DNA from: Pseudobdellovibrionaceae bacterium | Lineage (GTDB): Bacteria; Bdellovibrionota; Bdellovibrionia; Bdellovibrionales; UBA1609 | Reading direction: 5' to 3' | Length of the DNA: 64,000 bases | NCBI GenBank assembly: GCA_020635055.1 | Contig: JACKAN010000001.1 | Location: 153,266-217,265, forward strand | Shown here: positions 56,522 through 64,000 of the stretch, in pieces | How positions within the stretch are numbered: the first letter of the stretch is position 1 | How the letters are laid out: every line of letters starts with the position of its first letter | The notes under the pieces: model-generated | Told to the model about the DNA's origin: nothing | What the model saw: only the letters and a program-made list of their open reading frames with translations | The model's database searches: none | Position numbers and translations under genes: made by a program

Positions 56522-57880
56522 TTAGAAAGAAAATTGTGCAGAAATCTCAAAAATGTCATCTTCTTTTTCAACTGCATTTTTACGCCACTGGTAGTTCAAT
56601 TTATAAGCGATATTTTCTGCAAAATGATAATTAATACCCAAGGTTGTTCGAGTGCGTTTCAGAGTGGGATCTTTAATTCCAATGAATGAAACTATGTCAT
56701 GTAAATCGTATTCTGAATAGCGGATATAAATGGGCAATTGATATGAGTTTTGATTTTCTGGATTAAGAAGATCGTAGGAAAGGCTTAGGTAATATCCACT
56801 GGCTTGATCAAAAAATGTTGGACCTATAAGGTTGTAGGCTTCTGTCATTTTAGCAATAGCCCACATGGCTCGGAGTTCGATATTTTTATAACGTATTTTT
56901 GAGTGAACTTCACCAAGTGAAAGATTTAACTTTTCATAATTACTGTCTTGGGCCGTATCGCCATATAAAAAAGATGTACCAAATAGACTTTCTCCAAAGA
57001 CAAAATCTAATCTTGCTACTCCCATAAGATCTTTGCTCTTAGCATTTTGCCCACCCTGGACGGCATCCTTAAGGAAATTTCGAGTGCTATTGTTTGTATC
57101 CAATTTAGAACCATCTAAGGAATTAAAAACTCCAAAGTGGTATATAAATTCTGTAGTTTTTCCCACTAACATTATACCATTTTCATTCCAAGCATAGGGA
57201 ATCAATTCAGTTTCGAGTTCAGGAGGTCTTACGCCCAATTCCGTTATGAGTTCGGATTTTATATTTGCCAAACCAATGGGAAGAAGTTGATTGCCTATTC
57301 TTATATGAAAATAATCGTTATCACTATCCAAGTTATGGTCAATATAAGCCATTTCTACTTGCGCAGAGCCTTGTTGAACATCTCCACCCGCATGGGATTC
57401 TGGACCGTCGTTGGCAAATCGGATTTTACTATTGAATAAAAAAGCAGAATTTAATTGATGTCCAAAGTGCAAAGATAAGCCTAATTGATTGATTTGTGAG
57501 TTTTTTGAACCAGAATATTTTTGATAATTTAACAAATCAGCTCTAACCCCCCAAACGGAATGATCCTCTTTATTTTTTCTATAGATTTTAGAAGAAAGGG
57601 GTCCCAAAGCCCATGACTGTAAAACTATATTGTTCTCTTCAAGATCTGGCCAATTTGTGCCTACATTTTCTTCATTATCTTCTAAGGCCTTTATTTCAGC
57701 ATTAGGACTTTGTGTTTTAGCGCCTTGTGTAAAATTTTCTGGTAACTCTAGATTTTCTATTTGGGACTCTGATAAGGTCTTTTTTTTAGGGGGCAGTGGG
57801 GTTTCATTTCCCCATGCCCAAAGAGTGAAAATAGTGGTAATGAAGTACAAGATAATAAATTTTTTCAAAGTTTTCCCCAT
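56522..57880 (-). CDS. Outer-membrane porin-like beta-barrel protein
   Basis: Signal peptide, alternating beta-strand pattern throughout, and a C-terminal ...EISAQFSF with terminal Phe. Confidence 0.55.
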   Translation of the reverse strand: MGKTLKKFIILYFITTIFTLWAWGNETPLPPKKKTLSESQIENLELPENFTQGAKTQSPNAEIKALEDNEENVGTNWPDLEENNIVLQSWALGPLSSKIYRKNKEDHSVWGVRADLLNYQKYSGSKNSQINQLGLSLHFGHQLNSAFLFNSKIRFANDGPESHAGGDVQQGSAQVEMAYIDHNLDSDNDYFHIRIGNQLLPIGLANIKSELITELGVRPPELETELIPYAWNENGIMLVGKTTEFIYHFGVFNSLDGSKLDTNNSTRNFLKDAVQGGQNAKSKDLMGVARLDFVFGESLFGTSFLYGDTAQDSNYEKLNLSLGEVHSKIRYKNIELRAMWAIAKMTEAYNLIGPTFFDQASGYYLSLSYDLLNPENQNSYQLPIYIRYSEYDLHDIVSFIGIKDPTLKRTRTTLGINYHFAENIAYKLNYQWRKNAVEKEDDIFEISAQFSF

Positions 57881-58035
57881 TGACAATTTTGCCCTAAATT
57901 TTACCCAATCATAGTTCAGGTTTTACAGGGATGACAGTCAATATTAAATTCGTTACAAATATTATAAACATTCCTTTACATTGCGTAGCATTATGGGGGA
58001 AAACTAATTAGGGGAAACAAATAGGAATATTATTT

Positions 58036-59553
58036 ATGCGAGTTAACAAAGGCAGGTTAGTCATGCAATTGATTGAGCAAACAATAAAGGCCAAACTGGG
58101 ACAATTGAGTAAAGATGGGGCTTTGATTGTAAATACAGGTAAGAGTACAGGAAGGTCTACCAAAGAGCGTTTTGTAATCCGACGACCAGATATTGAAAAA
58201 GATATTCATTGGGGAGACGTCAATCAACCTATGAATGCCAAGAAAGGGGATTTGTTTTTAAATGCTATTGAACGAAGTGTAATGGATAACCAGCATTACA
58301 TTATGAAAGGATATGTGGGTTGCTTTAAAGTAGAAGTTTATTCAACAAGTCCTTGGCACATTGCTTTTGCGGAAAATATGTTTCGGAGCGATGTAATTGA
58401 AGGTTTAAAAAAATTAGTACCAGATGATTTAACTATAAAAATCTATCACGATCCAGAGGGCACAGTAGCTGATTTAGGAATAGATCATGAATATAACAAA
58501 GCTATTATTGTCGACCCTAGCAATTTAAAAGTGGCAATTGTGGGCACAGCTTATGCGGGAGAAATTAAAAAATCTGCCTTTGCACTCTGTAATTTTTTGT
58601 TTCCTAAATATGGAATTATGCCAATGCACTCTTCTGCGAACTGTTCAAACAATGGTGCCCAATCTTGTGTGCTTTTTGGCTTATCTGGTACCGGTAAAAC
58701 AACATTATCAGCAGATCCCACACGTTACCTCATTGGTGATGACGAAATTGTCTGGTCGAAAAATGGAATCTCTAATTTAGAGGGGGGTTGTTACGCCAAA
58801 TTAATAAAATTGAGCGAAAAGAATGAACCAGACATTTGGCATGCTGCCAATCGACAGGGGTCCATTCTTGAAAATGTCAGTTTTAATATGGAGACGGGCG
58901 AAATTGATTTTGATTCTAATATCATTACAGAAAACACAAGAGGTTCTTATAGCATTGAAGCTTTGGACAAAGTTTTTAATCAACAGCAAGAAGCTCAACC
59001 ACCAACAAGCATAGTTTTCCTTACCGCCGATGCCTTTGGTGCCTTACCTGCAGTATCGCGCTTAAATGAGTGGCAAGCTCAATATCATTTTATTTCTGGC
59101 TATACAGCAAAAGTAGCTGGAACTGAAATAGGTGTAGTTGAACCTCAAGCCACTTTCAGTGCTTGTTTTGGTGCGCCATTTATGCCGAGAGCACCTAAGG
59201 TATATGCTGAGTTATTAGCTCAATTGTGTCGTCAATATAAAGCCCCTGTTTGGTTAGTAAATACCGGGTGGGTAGGTGGATGTGAAAATGGAGAGCGCTT
59301 TCCCATTCATGTAAGCCGAAGTATTTTAACTGCCATTCAAAATGGTGAGTTAAATGATGTGGAAATGAAAAAGCATCCTGTATTTGGATTTGATGTACCA
59401 GTGACTGTGCCTGGGGTAGAAGCCCAGTGGTTACAAATTCCAGATGGGCCACAGGTCAAAGAGTTGGGGCAAAAATTTATAAACAATGCTAAGGCCAATG
59501 GCATACCCGAAGATATTTGTGATCGTGGTGGCCCAGTGGTTTTTCATTCGTAA
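58036..59553 (+). CDS. pckA: Phosphoenolpyruvate carboxykinase (ATP)
   Basis: Kinase-1a motif FGLSGTGKTTLS, with IGDDE, and a length of about 500 aa. An alternative start exists at Met10 (58063). Confidence 0.92.
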   Translation: MRVNKGRLVMQLIEQTIKAKLGQLSKDGALIVNTGKSTGRSTKERFVIRRPDIEKDIHWGDVNQPMNAKKGDLFLNAIERSVMDNQHYIMKGYVGCFKVEVYSTSPWHIAFAENMFRSDVIEGLKKLVPDDLTIKIYHDPEGTVADLGIDHEYNKAIIVDPSNLKVAIVGTAYAGEIKKSAFALCNFLFPKYGIMPMHSSANCSNNGAQSCVLFGLSGTGKTTLSADPTRYLIGDDEIVWSKNGISNLEGGCYAKLIKLSEKNEPDIWHAANRQGSILENVSFNMETGEIDFDSNIITENTRGSYSIEALDKVFNQQQEAQPPTSIVFLTADAFGALPAVSRLNEWQAQYHFISGYTAKVAGTEIGVVEPQATFSACFGAPFMPRAPKVYAELLAQLCRQYKAPVWLVNTGWVGGCENGERFPIHVSRSILTAIQNGELNDVEMKKHPVFGFDVPVTVPGVEAQWLQIPDGPQVKELGQKFINNAKANGIPEDICDRGGPVVFHS

Positions 59554-59588
59554 TAGTTTAGAGAATAGATACTTTAAGTGCACAATAA

Positions 59589-60383
59589 TTAAGTGTTACC
59601 CGCTAAATGGGTTTCACACTTATTAGAGCTAGGCTTATTTCTTATTATGTTTAAAAAGCCATATAAAAACGAAACTGCTTTCTTACATTCAAGAAATTCT
59701 TTTTCAAACCCAGCTAATCCTCCTTTAATTACTTTAAAGGGATTAGGGTATGCACCAATCATCCAAGACACTTGTGCGGGAAACATGGTATTACTTAACA
59801 AATAAATTATAGCTTGTTCTGCAATTTTATCAATTTCAGAGAGAGCATCTAGACTGACCGTTTTATTAAATATAGGATCGTTTATATCTTCGATACTGTT
59901 TTCATATAAATCTTTACTTTTGAATTTAGAATATGCAGTTAAGCCATAGAGTCTGATCCCTTTAGATAAGTCAATAGAATGAATCATGAGCCATTTTACA
60001 AGCGCCCATTTTAACGGGCGGCCCTCCTTATCAGGTAGATCGATCGTAGATGTTACGGGAGGGGTTATGGAGTAATGTTGATTGTTTAAAAATGATACAG
60101 GATGCTTTTTTGAAACTAAGCTTAAAAGATCGATTAAGAATTGTTTAATGTCATTTTCAGACCAATTCTTATTTTCTTCTTTGCTATCGGATACTCTTAA
60201 ATTAACTTGATTATATTCAGGGTATTTCACAGAAAACATATCATTTGTTGCAGCCATCTGTTCGAACACGTTTTGACGGTGTTTTTGATAAGCAATCTCT
60301 TCCTCAACTGAAACGTGTATATTAGAATTAGCTATGTTTGAAAATGTATTTAAAAGTAGTATAAGTAACATCTTTGTTTTCAT
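59589..60383 (-). CDS. Hypothetical secreted protein
   Basis: 264 aa with a signal peptide (NIANS). I recognise no family. Confidence 0.45.
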   Translation of the reverse strand: MKTKMLLILLLNTFSNIANSNIHVSVEEEIAYQKHRQNVFEQMAATNDMFSVKYPEYNQVNLRVSDSKEENKNWSENDIKQFLIDLLSLVSKKHPVSFLNNQHYSITPPVTSTIDLPDKEGRPLKWALVKWLMIHSIDLSKGIRLYGLTAYSKFKSKDLYENSIEDINDPIFNKTVSLDALSEIDKIAEQAIIYLLSNTMFPAQVSWMIGAYPNPFKVIKGGLAGFEKEFLECKKAVSFLYGFLNIIRNKPSSNKCETHLAGNT

Positions 60384-60572
60384 TAAACACCTCTATGTAA
60401 AAAATATTAAAAACTTTTACGTTTAATGAATTACGATTAATGATGCTGAATTCACATTACCAGTGCAACATTTTTTTTAAAATACTTAAAAGATGTCTTA
60501 AATGTCCCAGTAAATGGTCATAACCCTTCGCCTTTAGGCGGAATTCCTGACGATCTTGCTTTGTAGTACTGT

Positions 60573-60590
60573 CCTCCGGTAAAAAGGAGG
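60573..60590 (+). promoter_or_regulatory. Hairpin sequestering the tnpA Shine-Dalgarno (CCTCC-ggtaaaaa-GGAGG)
   Basis: Read directly. GGAGG at 60586-60590 lies 5 nt before the TTG start at 60596. The same kind of RBS-occluding stem is known for Salmonella IS200. Confidence 0.5.
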
Positions 60591-60595
60591 TTGAG

Positions 60596-61024
60596 TTGGA
60601 AAACTATCGCAAGGGTTCTCATACTGTGCATGATATTAAATATCATTTTGTATAGATTACGAAGTACCGGTACAACGTATTGACAGGAGATATAGGAATA
60701 CGGGTTAGGTCAATAATTTGAGAAATTTGTATGGCGTATGATATCAAGATAGTGAAGGGGGTAGTAAGCCGGAATCATATTCATCTTCTAATTTCTACGC
60801 CACCGCATTTAGCACCAAGTAAAGTAGCTCAATTATTGAAGGTGCGATCATCATTCAAGATTCAACAAGAGTTTCCAGAATTAAAGAAACGATACTGGGG
60901 TCAACATATTTGGGCCAGGGGTTATTTCTGTGCTTCATCAGGGAATGTAACAGACGAAATGATTAAAGAATACATAGAAAAACATAAAATCAAACAAGAG
61001 GATGATGATTTTGTAGTTGAGTGA
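60596..61024 (+). pseudogene. tnpA: IS200/IS605-family Y1 transposase TnpA with two in-frame stop codons
   Basis: One frame reads LENYRKGSHTVHDIKYHFV*ITKYRYNVLTGDIGIRVRSII*EICMAYDIKIVKGVVSRNHIHLLIS...IWARGYFCASSG. The HUH motif (HIH) and the catalytic Tyr are present. TAG is at 60653-60655 and TGA at 60719-60721. Confidence 0.8.
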
Positions 61025-61126
61025 TTGGCTTTAGCCGAAGGAGCCTTCAGACTCAAGGTTAGACCGGCTTTAGACGTCAAGATATTCCACTGGCTATTAG
61101 CCGTTGGTTGTTAAAGTTAAAATAAT

Positions 61127-61150
61127 AGCGCCGGAGTTGCTTTGCAGCAA
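61127..61150 (+). repeat. 24-nt perfect direct repeat, copy 1 (agcgccggagttgctttgcagcaa)
   Basis: Read directly. It contains a TTGCT-ttgc-AGCAA hairpin and is GC-rich relative to its surroundings. Confidence 0.85.
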
Positions 61151-61539
61151 TTGTTAGGGCAATTCTATAAAATAATTTCTCATATTCAAAACCAATTTCC
61201 CTTAATTTATGCTTCTCTCATCAGTTTCAATTTAACAATTATTTTCTAGAATTGCTATTAGGGCAACTTTGTCCGCAATACGAATCATTTTTTTATTCTT
61301 GACAATAGGAATCTTAAAAAATGAATACAGAAATGCAATTCATTAAAAGTCATTTCAGATAGTCTTTTAAATTCAATATATCCTTTCTAAGGCTAGTTTT
61401 CTGAATGAACATCAACATTTATCGTGAATTTTTAAAAGACTCTCTAGACCCAATTAATAACGAAAATTCTCACTTTCAAAACCAATGTTATAACTTCCTT
61501 AACTAATTAACTAACTTATATTAACCAGTAGGAGATTCA

Positions 61540-62619
61540 ATGAGTTATAATATGAAAGAAAGCTTATCTATAAATTTAAAGCATCTTAAAGACCATGAGC
61601 TTTTAACTCAAACTTTAAATCTTGTCCAAAAAGAGCGACAATTACTTACACAAGTTCTCCATCACCTTAAGGAAGTAGAAAGGCGCAGGTTGTTTTCAGA
61701 TCTTGGCTATCAAAGTCTATTTGAATATGCAGTTAAGGAACTCAAATATAGTGAAGGTCAAGCTGGCAGGAGAATACAAGCGATGAGGCTTTTAAAAGAA
61801 CTTCCAGAAATTGAAAAGAAAATAGAATCAGGGGCCTTAAGTTTAACCAATATCTCTCAAGCTCAAGCCTATTTTAGGGAAGTCAAAAAATCAGCAAAAT
61901 TCGAACCAAATAAAACAGAATCAAGTAAAACGGAATCAAATAAAATATTTAAAGCTAGCGACAAAGTAAAAATACTAGAAAATCTTGAAAATAAATCTAC
62001 TCGCGAAGGTCAGAAAATACTTTTACAAATGCTTCCAGAGATTACCTTACCAAAAGAGAAAGAACGCATACTTTCTGAGAACCATACAGAAATCAGATTT
62101 ATTGTAAATCAAGAGTTAAAAAATAGACTAACTGAATTAAGATCCTTATTAGGTGCAAAGGGTGCCACAATGAACATGGCGGAACTTATCGATTATATGA
62201 CCAAGACCAGTATCGAAACGATAAAAATTAAAAAGTTTGGCAAGAAGCGTGTCCTAAATGAAAAAACAATGGATAAAGGGAGACTGAGCAAAAAAAATGC
62301 TAAATCCAAACTACAACACATTGAAACAGCGCCGGAGTTGCTTTGCAGCAAAGCTGGTATTAATAAGGAAACTCAACATGTTTCAAATGTGAAACCCATG
62401 GATAGCAGTCTTTCTAAAGGCAACAAATCAAGATCTAGTAATTATAGATATATTTCACAATTACTAAAGCAACAAGTTTGGCAGTGAGATAAGGGGGAAT
62501 GTCAGAAGTGCGGCAGTCAAAGTTATTTGAATATAAATCATATTCACCCACTTGCCATGGGTGGCAAATCCAAATTGGAGAATTTAAGATTACTTTGCTT
62601 TTTTTGTAATCAACGGTAG
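61540..62619 (+). pseudogene. HNH endonuclease (DUF222-like N-terminal region plus HNH), interrupted by an in-frame TGA
   Basis: The ORF ends ...LLKQQVWQ at the TGA at 62485-62487. The same frame continues DKGECQKCGSQSYLNINHIHPLAMGGKSKLENLRLLCFFCNQR*, which is an HNH motif. The N-terminus (VLHHLKEVERRRLFSDLGYQSLFEYAVKELKYSEGQAGRRIQAMRLL) is typical of this HNH family. Confidence 0.7.
62328..62351 (+). repeat. 24-nt perfect direct repeat, copy 2 (inside the HNH pseudogene)
   Basis: Identical to 61127-61150, and 1201 bp downstream of it. Confidence 0.85.
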
Positions 62620-63070
62620 GCTATAAAAACCTATGGAATAACACGAATAGAATCTTCTATTTGAATATTTATTAGACAGTAATAATTTACCAAAAAGTCC
62701 TTCTTTTTATTTAGTCGTGGAAATGTAAGGGAATGTTCCCATTTAGTTGAATATACAATTACTCAACTTACTATCTTTGTTTTTTCGATAAGTGGTATCA
62801 AATTACTGCCGCTTAACTGAATGAGTGAACTGGCTGAAGTGATTGGCGAGGGGGTGCGTAGTAAAGTTGCCACTGTCGCCGCCATGTGATTTAAACCTAA
62901 TTGTTTGTTTGAAAGCTCTTTTCCTGACTTCGTCGAATTTAAAATAGCTTCCAACAAAAACGTCCTTCTATTCAACTTTAGGTACATTTAAAGTTGGAGA
63001 TGATCTGTAGGGAACAAGGTAAAATACAGTTTGATTTGATTTTTTATATGTTTTTGTTTTACATGGTGAA

Positions 63071-64000
63071 ATGTTTGTTAAAAAGGTTAAAAGAGCAGAT
63101 GGCAAGACATCCGTTTTAATTGCTCAGTCCGTTCGTAATGGGAGTAAAGTCACTCATAAAACTGTACGAAGTTTAGGTACAGTTCAGAACGAAAGTGAGC
63201 TTGCTATTATTCTAAAATCAGCTACTGAAATCATAGCTCACCTTAAGGAAAAAGATCAGCCATTACTATCGGGTCTGGATCCGGTTGAGTTTTACACTAA
63301 ACCTACATTAGATAGGCAAAAAATTCCTGATATTAAAGTAAATTTATCATCACTTCAGGAGGAGGCGCGGTTAATTTGCGGATCTCAGGAAGTATTCGGA
63401 CAAGTTTATACACAAATGAAGTTCGATAATATTTTGCAAACTAATTATAAACCAGATAACTGGAACCAGGTGCTTAAACAAGCCGTCTTATCTCGCATAT
63501 TAAACCCCGTAAGTAAGCTTAAAACTTCCGAGCAATTAGTGGACTACCATGGAATCAATATATCGGTAAGTACGCTCTACCGCATGATGGATAAGGTTTT
63601 TGAAAATAAGGAGCATATTAAAGATATTGTTTTAAAAAACTCACTTGAGCTTTTAGATCATGAAATTGACGTTACGTTTTTTGATGTCACCACTTTACAC
63701 TTTGAAAGTTTTAATGAAGATGACCTTAGAAGGTTTGGTTTTAGTAAGAACTGCCGGTTTAAAGAAACTCAAGTTGTATTGGCCCTACAAACGGCAAGAG
63801 GTGGAATACCTGTTGGCTATGAGCTGTATCCAGGCAACACCTACGAAGGCAGTACTCTAATTGATGCTGTTAAGAACCATAAAGAGAAGTTTAATTTAAA
63901 GAAAGTAGTTCTCGTCGCTGATCGGGCTATGTTTAACAGAAATAATTTAAATAAGATGGATGAATTGGGTGTTGAGTATGTGGTGGCGGCAAAGCTTAAA
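63071..64000 (+). CDS. IS1634-family (IS4-like) transposase, N-terminal 310 codons; 3' end outside the window
   Basis: This ORF is absent from the supplied track because it has no stop inside the window. My own translation from the ATG at 63071 is MFVKKVKRADGKTSVLIAQSVRNGSKVTHKTVRSLG...DVTFFDVTTLHFES...VVLVADRAMFNRNNL.... The N-terminal MF.KKVK...G.TSV motif and the first two DDE regions fit IS1634 transposases. Confidence 0.7.
   Translation, partial: MFVKKVKRADGKTSVLIAQSVRNGSKVTHKTVRSLGTVQNESELAIILKSATEIIAHLKEKDQPLLSGLDPVEFYTKPTLDRQKIPDIKVNLSSLQEEARLICGSQEVFGQVYTQMKFDNILQTNYKPDNWNQVLKQAVLSRILNPVSKLKTSEQLVDYHGINISVSTLYRMMDKVFENKEHIKDIVLKNSLELLDHEIDVTFFDVTTLHFESFNEDDLRRFGFSKNCRFKETQVVLALQTARGGIPVGYELYPGNTYEGSTLIDAVKNHKEKFNLKKVVLVADRAMFNRNNLNKMDELGVEYVVAAKLK

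Larger units (their letters stand above)
60520..61110 (+). mobile_element. IS200-like (IS200/IS605 family) element, inactivated; ends approximate
   Basis: Contains a Y1 (HUH) tnpA pseudogene, an imperfect hairpin near the left end (ccttcgcc-ttta-ggcggaa) and an SD-occluding hairpin. The right flank carries several ggcttTAGcc-type mini-palindromes. Confidence 0.6.

Noticed and set aside
60596-62619. Alternative genetic code or programmed read-through (TGA/TAG sense codons, selenocysteine) as an explanation for the in-frame stops in tnpA and the HNH gene
   Set aside because: Across the window, the housekeeping genes I recognise (glnS, pckA, scpA, meaB, pdxJ, rpmG) end where their family lengths predict under the standard code. 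No SECIS-like context is evident. Both affected genes are mobile-element genes, which are prone to decay.
62763-62987. 74-aa minus-strand ORF between the HNH pseudogene and the IS1634 transposase
   Set aside because: It has no RBS, no motif and an Ala/Ser/Thr/Leu-rich low-information translation, in a region dense with degraded mobile DNA. It is probably non-coding or a fossil.
1-64000. Scan for CRISPR arrays, rRNA, tRNA/tmRNA, reverse transcriptase/retron/DGR signatures and toxin-antitoxin pairs
   Set aside because: Reading by eye on both strands, I noticed no regularly spaced direct repeats, no cloverleaf-like GC-rich 70-90-nt islands, no RT motif (YxDD) ORF and no small overlapping two-gene cassettes. 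Absence cannot be proven without tRNAscan, Infernal or MinCED.

Overview
Visibly AT-rich chromosomal window from a Gram-negative bacterium. Housekeeping genes (glnS, rsmE, rpmG, pdxJ, gloB, pckA, the B12-dependent methylmalonyl-CoA mutase gene with meaB) sit among many signal-peptide-bearing hydrolases and outer-membrane proteins. That mix fits a predatory or host-associated Bdellovibrionota/Oligoflexia-like lifestyle, but taxonomy cannot be proven from the sequence alone. I recognised no rRNA, tRNA or CRISPR array.

Accessory content:
1. 1.07-8.75 kb: a translationally coupled Trb/VirB-like type IV secretion cluster (VirB2, B3, B4, B5/TrbJ-like, B6, a short VirB9-like protein, B10, two lipoproteins). 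It has no VirB11, VirD4, VirB8 or relaxase in the window and ends next to an IS630 remnant.
2. 11.9-14.3 kb: an overlapping gene pair of an ATP-grasp ligase and a DUF1704/MATCAP-like metallocarboxypeptidase.
3. 25.1-33.1 kb, the most unusual locus: a MoxR-type AAA+ ATPase, a 1197-aa protein fusing a transglutaminase-like core to a vWA domain, and two tandem FGE-sulfatase-fold paralogs that lack the FGE catalytic cysteines. All four begin with signal-peptide-like segments, and an IS110 copy abuts the locus.
4. Five mobile-element families: an IS630 remnant; IS110; an intact IS5-family copy with a TTTAA target duplication directly abutting an arsR start codon; an IS200-like tnpA with two in-frame stops; and an IS1634-family transposase that runs off the window end. 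There is also a nonsense-disrupted HNH endonuclease gene.

All calls rest on motif and architecture recognition by eye on the supplied translations. No database search was run.
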